The notes under the pieces: generated by a model
What the model saw: only the letters and a program-made list of their open reading frames with translations
Told to the model about the DNA's origin: nothing
Database searches by the model: none
Part shown: positions 28,720 through 40,770 of the stretch, one piece after another
How positions within the stretch are numbered: the first letter of the stretch is position 1
Layout of the letters: the number at the start of each line of letters is the position of its first letter
Position numbers and translations under genes: made by a program
Assembly: GCA_963845085.1 (NCBI GenBank)
Contig: CAWJQI010000001.1
Location: 1 to 64,000 of the forward strand
Source: Candidatus Fermentibacterota bacterium
Lineage (GTDB): Bacteria > Fermentibacterota > Fermentibacteria > Fermentibacterales > JCC-6
Reading direction: 5' to 3'
DNA: 64,000 nt

Positions 28720-31700
28720 ATGGGGGATCTGGTGAGCCAAGTCGTCATCGAGAATCCGATAATAAATTCTCCTTTCTCTGAACCGACCAAGCATTTTAAA
28801 TTCTCTGATGAGGGAATCACCAACGAGATCATCAGCAGCCGTCGGGTAAGTTCATACTTTCATTCCCATCGCCCAGCCTCGAAAAAAAGGACAGACACAA
28901 CTCGAGTTCGATACGGAGTGGACGAAAGACCGCATCGAAGAGAACAAGCTGGTCAACGATGTTCGCAGGCGTGTGGAGATATGGCGACAGGGAGGCCATC
29001 TCGGTCTTACCCCTGTCACTGCACGACTCTTGGACTATTGGACCGATCCTGACCGGGAAAGGAAGCTATTCTTCTGCCAGATCGAGGCACTGGAAACAGC
29101 CATCTACATCACCGAGAGTGCGCCCGGAAGTACGGAGACACCTGGATCGAAAACGCCCTTCGGCAAGGCAATGACACCTCGAACCCTGGTCTGCCCCGGA
29201 TTGCCTTCAAGATGGCCACTGGCTCCGGCAAGACCGTGGTCATGGCAATGCTGATTGCATGGCACGCCCTGAACAAACTCGCGAATCCCCAGGATGCCAG
29301 GTTCTCAGACGCATTCCTGTTGGTCACGCCCGGGCATCACGATTCGGGACCGTTTGCGAGTCCTTCTCCCCAATGACCCGCAGAACTACTATCGGCAAAG
29401 GGATGTGGTCTCTACGGACGATCTTGAACTTCTTGGTCAGGCAAAGATAGTCATCACGAACTTCCAGTCTTTCATCCAGAGGGAGAAAGTCTCAGCGGGC
29501 AGGCTGACCAAGAGCATACTCACGCAGGGAGAGAACGATGCTTTCACCGAGACCCCGGACCAGATGATTCGGCGGGTTTGTCGGGAGCTGGGCACCAAGA
29601 AGAACATCATCGTGATAAACGATGAGGCACACCACTGCTACCGGAGAAAACCCGACGACTGAGGACGAGAAGCTCACTGGCGATGACCGTAGAGAAGCCG
29701 AGAAACGCGATGAAGAAGCCCGTGTCTGGATTTCTGGCATAGAAGCCGCTCAGAGGCAAGATCGGCGTGAAGCATGTCTACGATCTCTCTGCAACACCGT
29801 TCTTTCTGCGAGGATCGGGCTACGGCGAAGGCACGCTGTTTCCCTGGGTGGTATCGGATTTTTCCCTGATCGATGCCATCGAAGCGGGCATAGTGAAGGT
29901 CCCACGGGTGCCGTTTCGGACGACTCAATGGTCGGGGAACAGCCCAACCTACAGGGATCTCTGGCTTCGCATCCGAGACAGCTTGCCGAAGAAGGGCCGG
30001 AAGGACGTCGAGGTGTCGCGGTGAACCAATCTTCCTGCACGAGCTTCAGGGCGCCCTTCACAGCCTCTATGGCAACTACGAGAAATACTACAAGCTCTGG
30101 GAGAGTAATACCGAGGCCCAGCCAGCAGGCTCCACTCCCCCGGTCTTCATTGTTGTCTGCAACAATACGAACGTCTCGAAGCTCGTGTTTGACTACATTG
30201 CCGGCTGGGAAAAACAGGTTGGAGGAAAAACCGTTGTCCAGGCCGGGCAGCTCCCGATCTTCCGCAACGATGACGGGCACGGCAGGCTGGCTGCACCGCC
30301 CCAACACCATCCTGATAGACAGCCAGCAACTCGAATCCGGTGAGGCCATGAGCGCCGAGTTCAAGAAGATCGCCGCCCGGGAGATTGAGGAATTCAAGGC
30401 CGAGTACCGTGTCCGGTTCCCGGGCCGTGACGCGGAAACGCTCACCGATGAGGATCTGCTGCGCGAAGTGATGAACACGGTTGGCAAGGCGGGAAAGCTC
30501 GGAGAACAGGTCAAGTGCGTGGTCAGCGTCTCCATGCTCACCGAAGGATGGGATGCCAACACCGTCACACATATCCTCGGCGTCCGCGCTTTCGGCACAC
30601 AGCTTCTGTGCGAACAGGTCGTCGGCCGTGCCCTTCGTCGGATAAGCTATGCCGCTGAACGACCACGGGCAGTTCGAGCCGGAGTATGCCGAAGTCTATG
30701 GTGTGCCGTTCTCCTTCATTCCCTGCAGTGGCTCATCCACAGAACCCACAACCTGGCCCAATGCCCACCCGGGTCCGCGCGCTGGAGGATCGGATCGCTT
30801 GCGAGATCACCTTTCCCCGCCTGATGGGCTACCGCTACGACATCGAGGGTGACCGCATCGGTGCCGACCTTCACCGAGGACTCCAAGCTGGCGCTTTCCA
30901 CTGCGGACATCCCCACCGAGACCGACAATGGCCCCCATCGTCGGTGACATCGAGCATCCATACACTCGATGATCTGAAGACGCACCGGACCAACGAAGTC
31001 GCGTTCCTGCTGGCCAAGGTGACCCTGGAACGTTACTTCCGAGACGAAGAGGGCAACGACAAGACCCTGGCTGTTCCCCCAACTGCTCGCCATCACCAAG
31101 CGCTGGCTTGACGGAGTGCGTCATTCTCAAGGACAACACCTTCCCGCAGCTGCTCCTGCTCACGGAGTTCGCCCAGCGACGCTGTGGACCGGATCTACCG
31201 GGCCATCGTGAAGGCGACCCGGCACGGACCACCCTGAAGCCAATCCTGCGCCCATATGACACGGTTGGCTCCACCCGGTACGTGGATTTCGACACTACCC
31301 GTCCAGTTTTCGCCACCATGCCGGACAAGTGCCACATCTCCCACGTTGTTGCCGATACGGAGTCCTGGGAGCAGAAGATGGCCCAGGTGCTGGAAGACAT
31401 GGACGAGGTGTCCGCTACGTCAAGAACCACAACCTCGGCTTCTTCATCCCCTACACACTGGACGGCAAGGAAAGAACTACATCCCGGACTTCATCGCCTG
31501 CGTGGATGACGGGCACGGCCCAGATGACCTCTTGAATCTGATCATCGAAGTACGGGCGAGAAGAAGAAGGACAAGGCCGCCAAGGTCGCCACCGCCCGAA
31601 CCCTTGGGTGCCGGCAGTCAACAACCACGGTGGCTTCGGGCGCTGGGACTTCATTGAGATCGCCGACCCATGGGACGCTGAAAGAACCATCCGGGGGCAT

Positions 31701-31735
31701 TCTGAGAAAGGCTATCTACGGGGGAGGGCATCTGA
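28720..31735 (+). pseudogene. Type III restriction endonuclease (Res), many frameshifts
   Basis: [74 protein letters not shown] and YIPDFI in shifting frames. Confidence 0.85.
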
Positions 31736-31736
31736 T

Positions 31737-34370
31737 ATGGCTCGGAAGAAGAGCATAGCGACAAGCCGACTCCGTAGAATCCATCCGCCACAAGGACACG
31801 CGGAAGAACATCCCCACAGAAGAACTCGGGACTTCGTGGAGGAAGAGGAATCCGCGCCCAAGACCATGCTCTACCCGCGAGATCCTTCCCTGGACCCGCA
31901 ACTGGTCTGGAAGGGCAAGGACGAGCAGGACCGTGAGGACCTGGCCGTTCCTGTGGTTCCGATCTACATCCAGGAGAAGATCCACCCCAGGCCATCATCG
32001 ATGCCCTGCCCAGAAAAGAAGCCGAGCGAACGGCAGTCCCAGACCTCTTTGCCGACTTCAACGGCCTGCCCGAGGAGTTCGACCAGAGGGTCGACTTCTA
32101 CCAGCACGATGCACCACTGGTCCAACCGGATGATCCTGGGCGACTCCCTGCTGGTGATGACCAGCCTGGCCGAGAAGGGGGCTGAAGGGCAAGGTCCAGA
32201 TGCATCTACATCGACCCGCCCTACGGCATCAAGTTCGGCTCCAACTGGCAGGTCAGCACCCGAAAGCGGGACGTGAAGGACGGCAAGGCCGAGGATGCCA
32301 CCCGCCAGCCCGAGCAGGTGAGGGCTTTCCGGGACACCTGGAAGCTGGGCATTCACTCCTACCTGGCATATCTGCGGGACAGGCTGGTGGTGGCCAGAGA
32401 ACTTCTGACTGAGACAGGGAGCATCTTTGTGCAGATCGGGGATGAGAACGTCATCTTGTCAGGATGCTTGATGGATGAGGTGTTTGGTAGTGAAAATTTT
32501 ATTGCTGACATTATTTTCAGGAAAAAGAAGTATGCCGCTTGGCGCTCAGTTGCTCGAGACAATGCACGATCAGCTTCTTTGGTATGCGAAGGATGCTAAG
32601 CACTTAAAGTTTCGACACTTTTCATGAGGAGAGTGACGTTCTCGAGTATCATCACATGGACCTTATGCATTCTACCCTGATGGACGAACAGAGAAGATCA
32701 TGCTCGAAGATTTCAACAGCCCTGATCATCCGAAGCTGGAACTCGTTATTATCGTTTATTCACTTTGATAGCACCTTCATACTCGGATAAACACTACCTA
32801 TCCATTTGAAGTTATGGAGAAGGTGTACGCTCCTCCAGTAAGGGACTTGGAAGATTGATTGATAAGGCAAGAACGCTCTATCCTGGCCGAATTGGACGCT
32901 TCAGGAAGAGGGACAATCACTCAGTTATCGGCTTTCTTACGATGATTTCCCTGTAACAAATCGGACAAGTCTGGACTGATACACCCACATCTTCATCAGA
33001 AGATCTATGTCGTTCAAACTAACGAAAAAGGTAGTCGAACGCTGCCTCCTCATGACCACCGATCCCGGTGATCTCGTCCTTGATCCCACCTGTGGAGTGG
33101 TACCACCGCCTATGTCGCTGAGCAGTGGGGCCGTCGCTGGATAACCTGCGACACCAGCCGTGTCGCCCTCGCACTTGCCCGCACCCGTCTGATGGCAGGA
33201 AGGTATCCCTACTACCTTCTGGCCGATTCACTTGAAGGGCTACGGAAAGAAGCAGACCTGGCGAATACTATCCCGGCCCCCATCATCACAGAGGGAGACA
33301 TTCGAAAGGGCTTTGTCTATAAGCGTGTCCCGCACGTCACTCTCAAGAGCATTGCCAATAACCCTGAGATAAAAGAGGGTATGACCAGGGAAGAGATCGA
33401 TGCAGCCATTGCCCGACATGCGGACACTGAAACCCTCTACGACCAACCCTATGAGGACAAAAAGGTGGTCCGTGTCACGGGACCTTTCACTGTAGAAAGC
33501 CTCTCCCCTCATCGAGTTCTCTCTGTTGCGGACGATGATATGGACGGGTTGGTTTCGGAGGGCGAAGAGAAGTACCAGGTGGACTTCACTTCTATGATTC
33601 TCGAAAACCTTCGGAAGGCTGGAGTCCAGAACACGAAGATTCAGGAACGTCTGCGGTTCGATACCCTGAACCCCTATCCAGGAACGTGGCTTCAAGGAAC
33701 AGGTGAATACACTGATTCGGAAGGGAACCACAAGAGGGTAGCCATCTCAATCGGCCCCGAACATGGCACGGTAGGACCAAAACAGGTCAATGAAGCCGCA
33801 AAGGAAGCGGTACAGGGGATTGGTTATGACCTCCTCCTTGTTTGTGGCTTCGCCTTCGACCCTCATGTTGCAGAAGAGGTGAAGCGATACGGCAAGCTTA
33901 CGGTCCTTCCGGTCCGGATGAACCCCGACCTTGCCATGGGAGACGAACTTCTGAAGAAGACCGGAGCCGGCAACCTCTTCATGGTGTTCGGGGAGTTGTC
34001 ATTGGACATCAGGCACGTGCCCGACCGGAAGGTGATTGTTGAGATCAAGGCCCTGGATGTCTACGACCCAACGACCGGCCAGATCCGGTCATCTTCAACG
34101 GACGACATCGCCTGTTGGTTCCTGGACACAAACTACAACGGGGAAAGCTTCTTCGTTCGTCATGCCTATTTCACAGGGGCAGATGAACCCTATAAAAAGC
34201 TGCAAAGGGCCTTGAAGGCGGACATTGACGAGGGTGCTTGGTCCAGCCTCTACAGCACGATCAGTCGTCCCTTCGATCCTCCCGAGACCGGCAAGATCGC
34301 TCTGAAAGTGATTAATCACTATGGCGATGAAGTTCTTGAGGTGTTTTCAGTTTCTGATGTCGAGAGCTAA
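31737..34370 (+). pseudogene. Type III modification methylase (Mod), many frameshifts; central region garbled
   Basis: [67 protein letters not shown]. Confidence 0.85.
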
Positions 34371-35157
34371 GCAGGATACTCTTTTGACGCTGTTCTTTGA
34401 TAAGCTTAAAGAAGACAGGGGTTGGTACTTCGTTGAGTATTCTCCTCCAACGCCCAAAGGTCTGCTAGCAAACATTGTTCTCGTTGTCTATGACAAGAAC
34501 CATAGCGATGCTGAGGAAATTGCGAGAGGCATTGAAGCTGAGGCTGTAACATGGGTTTCAAGATACGATGTACCTGTGTTTGCTTCCGCCTGTGACTCAG
34601 CAGAACAAAGTATAGACCTAACAAGCGTGCGAGATAAAAACGCTTTAGTCGCTTTCAGAGACACTGAATCTGGTGAAATCAGGGTGTTCTGGGAGTTGAT
34701 CCCAAACGAGCGTATTCCAAACAAGTCGCTTAACCCTGAGTACTTGCTACATGTCTATAAAGATGTTCATTACAGGACAAAAGAAGATATTAATATGGAT
34801 ATGGCCAAAACTCGGAGAAGGAATAGTCATGCAATTTCGCTGATTGTTTTCTATGCAGCGGTTATCCCTGCCATCATCGCTATTCTGGGATGGGCTAGTC
34901 CATGGGTATCACTAGCAGTCATGCTGTATTCACTATGGAAAGCCTGGTGCAAGTTCTTGAAGCTCATTGGAAAAGGAAAGATATCAGTAAAAGAGAAGGA
35001 AAAAGCCAAGAAGCAAAGTTTCATGGAGCACTGTTACTATCACTGTAGTAGAAATCCAGAGGGATTCAGAAGACTTAAACTGGAGAACTTCGAAAAGGAT
35101 GCAAGAAACAAAGTACGTGCCGAAGTTGAAGAATTGAAATCAGGAAAGAGCATCTGA
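34357..35157 (+). CDS. Hypothetical protein with two predicted TM helices
   Basis: Overlaps the mod stop; hydrophobic AISLIVFYAAVIPAIIAILGWASPWVSLAVMLYSLW. Confidence 0.65.
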   Translation: MSRAKQDTLLTLFFDKLKEDRGWYFVEYSPPTPKGLLANIVLVVYDKNHSDAEEIARGIEAEAVTWVSRYDVPVFASACDSAEQSIDLTSVRDKNALVAFRDTESGEIRVFWELIPNERIPNKSLNPEYLLHVYKDVHYRTKEDINMDMAKTRRRNSHAISLIVFYAAVIPAIIAILGWASPWVSLAVMLYSLWKAWCKFLKLIGKGKISVKEKEKAKKQSFMEHCYYHCSRNPEGFRRLKLENFEKDARNKVRAEVEELKSGKSI

Positions 35158-35235
35158 ATGAAGGGGGATCAAGCCTTTCTCCCCCATCATTCATCTCACC
35201 CCTATTCCCCCCGCTCGCCGTCGCCGGATTCGTGA

Positions 35236-35913
35236 TTACTCCTTATGAATACTATTCCCGAGGATGTACCGTACGGTGGAAGCGTACCACCTTCCCCCGT
35301 TCTTGGCAGGGACACCTCCCCGGTTCAGGGTATCAGCGATCTTCCTGAGGCTGACCCCCTGTTCCCGCTTCAGCCGGATCTTCCGGAGAACAAGCTGCTC
35401 GGCCTCGTCGCTGACCAGGTTGTCTCCTTGGCGGCAATATCCGTAAGGTGTGGGCGAGTAAGCCTCCAGCCTGGCCTTCTTGTGTTGAAGAACCGCTGCC
35501 GTTCTCTCCGCCACCTGGTCACGCTCGAACTCGTTAAGGACGGCCATGAGCCGGAAGACCATCTTCCCTGAAGCGCTTGTGGTATCGATCTTCTCGGAAA
35601 GGCTCACGAGGTCGGCCCCTGCTTTGTCCAGTCTCTCCGCGACCGCCAGGGTGTCCTTGGTGCTCCTCGAAAGCCTCGAAAGGGAGTAGACCACCAAGAC
35701 AGCCCTTTCCCTGCATACAGCCTCCAGAGCTTCTGTCAGGCCTTCTCGGGCCTTGAGTTTGGTGCCGGAGATGCCAGCGTCCTCAGAAACGAAGAGAAGC
35801 TTCGCTTCATTCATTCTCGCCCAACCCTCTATCTTCTCCCGCTGGGCTTGAAGGCTGATACCTTCCCTGGCCTGCTCCTCCGTGCTGACCCGAACGTACC
35901 CAACTGCTTTCAT
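35236..35913 (-). CDS. Serine recombinase (resolvase/invertase family with a short recombinase DNA-binding domain)
   Basis: GYVRVSTEEQ, DAGISG, YSLSRLSRS, EFERDQVAERT, TPYGY. Confidence 0.92.
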   Translation of the reverse strand: MKAVGYVRVSTEEQAREGISLQAQREKIEGWARMNEAKLLFVSEDAGISGTKLKAREGLTEALEAVCRERAVLVVYSLSRLSRSTKDTLAVAERLDKAGADLVSLSEKIDTTSASGKMVFRLMAVLNEFERDQVAERTAAVLQHKKARLEAYSPTPYGYCRQGDNLVSDEAEQLVLRKIRLKREQGVSLRKIADTLNRGGVPAKNGGRWYASTVRYILGNSIHKE

Positions 35914-36415
35914 CAGATAAGCCCCTTGGCGCGGAGGGAAGTCCAGCGGGGGGGGATCCCGGTCTTCCAGCGCTGAAGATCAGGTGATCCAGCAGTCTAA
36001 CCTCCAGGGGCTTCATCACCTCGATGAGGTGCTTGGTCAGGGCGATGTCCTGAGGGCTGGCTTCCTCCCGCCCACCCGGGTGATTATGGGCAACTATGAC
36101 GGCAGTTGCGTTGGTTTCGTGAAGAAGGAAGCTGACCAGCTCACGGGGGTAGACTGTGGCCCTGTCCACGGTTCCATTGGAGAGCAGGATCAGTCCCAGA
36201 AAGTCGTTGCAGGAGTTCAGCGCGAGAGCATAGAGGGCTTCGGTGGGCCTCTGTTCAAAGAGCCCTGCAAGGAACTCCATTGCTCTTTCCTGAGAATCGA
36301 TGGTATGGGGTGATGCTTCCAGGGTTATTCGCCGGACAGTCTTGTACGTTACTGCCTTCTCGGTAAGAATCAGCTTTCGGTTCCGTTGAAAGGCATGGAT
36401 CATCTCCGGGGTCAT
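35913..36415 (-). CDS. RadC-like JAB domain protein (frameshift in a homopolymer near the 3' end)
   Basis: GTVDRATVYPRE, AHNHPGG...SPQDIALT, LLDHLI. Confidence 0.85.
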
Positions 36416-36498
36416 GGTCGACCTCCTTCTGGTCTGGATTGGAATGAAAAGGTTATGCCGGAAGCCGGCTGGATCAGTCAGAACTCAGATGGGAAGGG

Positions 36499-36551
36499 CG
36501 TACAAAAAGGTCCCCTCGCGGCGGGGTGTACAAAACCGAACGGTTGTGTAC
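36499..36551. promoter_or_regulatory. Probable resolvase-binding (res-like) inverted repeat
   Basis: GTACAAAACCG-AA-CGGTTGTGTAC (10/11 inverted match) plus a half-site CGTACAAAAAGG, upstream of the radC-resolvase operon. Confidence 0.5.
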
Positions 36552-36804
36552 GTAATCAGCGCTTCATGTTGTTGTTGTACTTGTGTATATGGAGAGATGA
36601 ATGCAACTCGGCGCGGTTAGCCAGTTCTCAGGCGGGTATCGGGGTGTATACAAGGGTTCCGGGAGATGCTACCGTCCCTTTGTATAAGGGAGAGATTGAC
36701 TTAAGAGAAGCAAACAAGAACTAAATGGAGGGATTCATGCCCCTTCTCAAGATCGACGATACCAATTTCTGGCTTCACATTCGCTTGTGAACTGTGACTT
36801 GCTT

Positions 36805-39288
36805 CTAACGCAAAACAAGCAATTCCTGTGCCCGTGGGTCTCCCTGCTCTGCAGCCAGGCCGTACCACCTGGCTGCCTCCCATTTATCCTTGGAAACGCC
36901 TGTGCCGGTTTGGTAACATAAACCAAGGTTAACCTGCCCATCCGGGTTTCCCTGCTCAGCAGCCAGGCGGTACCACTTCACGGCTTCATGTTCGTCCTTG
37001 AGAACGCCAATACCGTGTCTGTAGCATTCCCCGAGATTGAACTCTGCATTAGAGTTACCTTGTTCAGCAGCCAGGCGGTACCACTTCACGGCTTCACGTT
37101 CATCCTTTGGAACGCCTGTGCCGTTTTCGTAGCATGTACCAAGAACCCATTGTCCAAATTCATATCCCTGCTCGGCAGCCAAGCGGTACCACTTCACGGC
37201 TTCACGTTCGTCCTTGGAAACGCCGGTGCCGTTTTCGTAACACGAGCCAAGGATGTATTGCCCAAACAGGCTTCCCTGCTCAGCAGCCAGGCGGTACCAC
37301 TTCACGGCTTCACGTTCATCCTGAGGAACGCTTATACCCTTTGCGTAACACCAACCAAGGTTGTGTTGCCCATCCGGGTTTCCCTGTTCAGCAGCCAGGC
37401 GGTACCACTTCACGGCTTCATGTTCGTCCTTGGTAAGGCCTGTGCCGGTTTGGTAACATAAACCAAGGTTAACCTGCCCATTTGGGTTTCCCTGCTCAGC
37501 AGCCAGGCGGTACCATTTCACGGCTTCATGTTCGTCCTTGGGAACACATATGCCGTTTTGGTAACATAAACCAAGGTTAACCTGCCCATTTGGGTTTCCC
37601 TGCTCAGCAGACAGGCGGTACCATTTCACGGCTTCACGTTCGTCCTTGGGAACGCATATGCCGTATTGGTAACAGAAACCAAGGTTGTTTTGCCCGTATG
37701 GGTTTCCCTGCTCAGCAGCCAGGCGGTACCATTTCACGGCTTCACGTTCGTCCTTGGGAACGCATATGCCGTATTGGTAACAGAAACCAAGGTTGTTTTG
37801 CCCGTATGGGTTTCCATGCTCGGCAACCAGACGGTACCACTTCGCGGCTTCATGTTCGTCCTTGGAAACGCCTGTGCCGTTTTGGTAACACGCCCCAAGG
37901 CAGATCTGCCCTGTTGGGTTTCCCTGCTCTGCAGCCAGGCGGAACCACTTCACGGCTTCACGTTCGTCATTGGAAACGCCTGTGCCATTTTTGTAACACC
38001 AACCAAGACTGAACTGCCCGTCCGGATTTCCCTGCTCAGCAGCCAGGCGGAACCACTTCACGGCTTCCTCTTCATTCTTGTCCCTGTGAATACTGTGCAG
38101 CAAGAATGATCCAAAAAGCCACTGTGCGACTGCGTATCCCACCTTAGCTGCCCTTTCACACTCGGCAACCATATAAGGAGATATCTTCTTCTTGTCTAAC
38201 TCAGTACTTTGACCTATGCACTTCTCGAACTCCGCAGCGATCTCATCAATCCGTTTCTTATCGATGCTTCGGGATTCCTCCGGGGTTGCGAAGAGCTGTG
38301 CGGTTAATCCCATGCAGGCAAGCAGTTCAACTGCAAGATCTCGAAGAGGAATGGCAACGGTCGTATCGATGCCGTCTTCTTTCACAAATGTCATGAGGGT
38401 TTCCTTATGAGCTTCCTTGGGTGATATACTCAGCCTTTTCGCCAGCACTTTTATGGTGCGAAGACTGTCGCTGTAGTCTTCCTCAATGCGTGCAAGGGAT
38501 GAGTAGAAGGGAACGGCAATCTCATCCAAAACGAACTTCGAAGGAATAAAGTTTCCCGCTTCATCCGCAGGAAGGCAAACAAGTTCCCTAAAGGATTGAA
38601 TGGAACACTTGTCAATCTCGTCGATAACTCCTTCTATGAAGTCACCGATCGTGATCATCTTTCTCGCATCTAGTCCCACTTCCCGAACGGCTTTCTGAAG
38701 ATACTTGATCTCCTGAAGATTCCAGTTACTTGCCTTGAGCTGGTAGAAGTCTTTCACCACTCTGAGGAGCCTTATGTACGGGGAGAACTTCTGATCGTAG
38801 TCGTACATCTCCAGAGTGAGGAGCCAACTGTGAATGTTGGTAGCCACCTCAAGTCTTCCCACTCGGTCCTCCAGGGCGACGAACCTCAAGTCAATACGCT
38901 CAGCGAGCTCGATGATTGCTCTGCGGGTCTCTTCTTCTTTCACGGCCAATGTCAGCAGGTTGTTTTTTACCGCGATAATGGAATGGGCCAGCATCAGATC
39001 GCGCTCCTGAAGGATGTTCAGATAGCGCCATCCAATCCTCTGCATCTCAATCAGATCGTTTTGGTTCGCACGCTCCAATGCGCTGGTCTTGCCGCTGAGT
39101 TTACTCCAGCATCTCTTGAAGAAGCCTTTGTCCTTGTACTCATCAAGCCGATCCTCGGTGCATGAGAGCAAACGCGTGGCATCCAGGGCAAGTTGCTGTG
39201 TTTCAAGCCCCTGCTGTGAGGCTCTGGCGATGAGAGGCTCAAGTTGCTGATCAATGCAGGCCAGTTCTTTGGAAGAATAGTTAAACAT
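36805..39288 (-). CDS. Coiled-coil N-terminal domain plus 12 Sel1-like repeats
   Basis: 36-aa repeats EAVKWYRLAAEQGNPxGQxxLGxCY; no signal peptide. Confidence 0.9.
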   Translation of the reverse strand: MFNYSSKELACIDQQLEPLIARASQQGLETQQLALDATRLLSCTEDRLDEYKDKGFFKRCWSKLSGKTSALERANQNDLIEMQRIGWRYLNILQERDLMLAHSIIAVKNNLLTLAVKEEETRRAIIELAERIDLRFVALEDRVGRLEVATNIHSWLLTLEMYDYDQKFSPYIRLLRVVKDFYQLKASNWNLQEIKYLQKAVREVGLDARKMITIGDFIEGVIDEIDKCSIQSFRELVCLPADEAGNFIPSKFVLDEIAVPFYSSLARIEEDYSDSLRTIKVLAKRLSISPKEAHKETLMTFVKEDGIDTTVAIPLRDLAVELLACMGLTAQLFATPEESRSIDKKRIDEIAAEFEKCIGQSTELDKKKISPYMVAECERAAKVGYAVAQWLFGSFLLHSIHRDKNEEEAVKWFRLAAEQGNPDGQFSLGWCYKNGTGVSNDEREAVKWFRLAAEQGNPTGQICLGACYQNGTGVSKDEHEAAKWYRLVAEHGNPYGQNNLGFCYQYGICVPKDEREAVKWYRLAAEQGNPYGQNNLGFCYQYGICVPKDEREAVKWYRLSAEQGNPNGQVNLGLCYQNGICVPKDEHEAVKWYRLAAEQGNPNGQVNLGLCYQTGTGLTKDEHEAVKWYRLAAEQGNPDGQHNLGWCYAKGISVPQDEREAVKWYRLAAEQGSLFGQYILGSCYENGTGVSKDEREAVKWYRLAAEQGYEFGQWVLGTCYENGTGVPKDEREAVKWYRLAAEQGNSNAEFNLGECYRHGIGVLKDEHEAVKWYRLAAEQGNPDGQVNLGLCYQTGTGVSKDKWEAARWYGLAAEQGDPRAQELLVLR
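36830..38130. repeat. 108-nt coding tandem repeat (Sel1)
   Basis: Period of 108 nt; the units at ~37621 and ~37729 share a long identical stretch. Confidence 0.9.
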
Positions 39289-39300
39289 CGTTGTAGCCTC

Positions 39301-40770
39301 TCAGATTCTTTGAATGGCTTTTTTCATGTCGTCACCGAGTTGATCGAGCACACCTATCTGCACCGCTGTCCTCTGATCCAAATCGGCGTCAACCACAAGG
39401 AAACCTACAAATACCATCTGACCATAAGCCATGGCCTCAGCACAGTCACGCATGGCGTCTCCAGCGGCGACCAGTGCCGTTGTATTGGCAATGACCTCTC
39501 TGTAGGGCTTTTCGATCCCGTTTTCAATGGCGATGGTGACAGCCAATCCAGCAACAAGCGCTCCAGCCATTCCTGCAAGAATTGGAACCAACCCAGCAGT
39601 TGCTCCAAGTGCAGTTGCAACGCTTACTCCGATCGAGGAACCGAAAACTGCTCCGCCTGTTTGAAAGATATTCTTGCCGACACGCGTCTCCATCTGTGCA
39701 GGTGTCATCTTGCCGACGGCGACCAGAACCATGCACTCGATCGCATCAATGGCACATATAGCAGCACCGCCCACGCCACCTCGGACAAGCATTCCCTTCA
39801 TGGCCTGCTGGGCCACCAACTGAGGTGCAAGTCTTGTGACTACACTTACTGCACCTGCGGCAGCCGCAGCTTTAAGTGCACTGTCAGCAGAAGCGACCGC
39901 CGTGGTTTTGATGATACCTCTTACAGCTTCCGCCCGTGTGATCTTACCTTCCTTGACAAGTTTCAGATACTGTGCCGTAGAGAGAGTTCCGGCGATTATC
40001 GCTGAGATAGCTGCGGCCCCGGCTGCGGCCATTCCCATCTGCTGCAATGTTGAACGGTCCATGTACCCGTCATGATAATCTTGCCGAACCTCTTTGCCTT
40101 CAGGGGTGTCTTTGGCAACCTCGCGAGCTTCATCAAGAGTGGTTGGACGGGATTCAATTCCATCGTGCTGAATCTTATCATTGACACGGTCTTTCACGTA
40201 TTCGGCTGCATCCGCAACATGAGGTCTTGAATCCGATTCCCTCATTTGTGTATGACCAAGCTCATCTTGAATGCTTAGCGTCCCATCCGTGGGATGTACT
40301 TGATCCTTAGGACCAACAAACACATCTACTCCATCATAACGCTGAGTACGGTCTGGACGGACCTCACGCATGGCTTTCGCCGTAGCTTCTGAAGTTCCGT
40401 AGTTTTTATGCTGGATTGTGATGACGGTTTTACCGTTTTCCACCACAATAGAGTCGGTGGAGGGATGATTTGCACCTAAGGGCCAAGCCGGGTCTCGATC
40501 TGTCAATGCTCGTGCAGTCTTGTTCTGGAGTATGGCATCCAAGTTGAATGTTTCAGTGTGTATCTCCTCGGCAACAAATCCACCTTTGATAGGAATAGTT
40601 TGATTAGTACCCGTGATTTTCTGGATGTAGTCGTTCCGAGCAGCGATTTCATCGACCATCTTCAGCATCTGATCCTGCGCGAACTTCGGCCAAGCCGCAT
40701 TGGCTGCAGCAAGATTACCCATCAACCGAGCATCGATGGAAGAGCTATCCTTTTCTTCAACTGAGTTCAC
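39301..40770 (-). CDS. Hypothetical toxin-like protein: possible PD-(D/E/Q)xK domain plus Gly/Ala-rich hydrophobic C-terminus
   Basis: GGAGG ribosome-binding site plus GTG at 40770; GFVAEEIH...TDSIV...IQHKNY; C-terminal GASV-rich helices. Confidence 0.6.
   Translation of the reverse strand: MNSVEEKDSSSIDARLMGNLAAANAAWPKFAQDQMLKMVDEIAARNDYIQKITGTNQTIPIKGGFVAEEIHTETFNLDAILQNKTARALTDRDPAWPLGANHPSTDSIVVENGKTVITIQHKNYGTSEATAKAMREVRPDRTQRYDGVDVFVGPKDQVHPTDGTLSIQDELGHTQMRESDSRPHVADAAEYVKDRVNDKIQHDGIESRPTTLDEAREVAKDTPEGKEVRQDYHDGYMDRSTLQQMGMAAAGAAAISAIIAGTLSTAQYLKLVKEGKITRAEAVRGIIKTTAVASADSALKAAAAAGAVSVVTRLAPQLVAQQAMKGMLVRGGVGGAAICAIDAIECMVLVAVGKMTPAQMETRVGKNIFQTGGAVFGSSIGVSVATALGATAGLVPILAGMAGALVAGLAVTIAIENGIEKPYREVIANTTALVAAGDAMRDCAEAMAYGQMVFVGFLVVDADLDQRTAVQIGVLDQLGDDMKKAIQRI

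Noticed and set aside
36830..38130. Regular repeats resembling a CRISPR array
   Set aside because: They are 108-nt in-frame coding Sel1 repeats with no unique spacers and no cas genes
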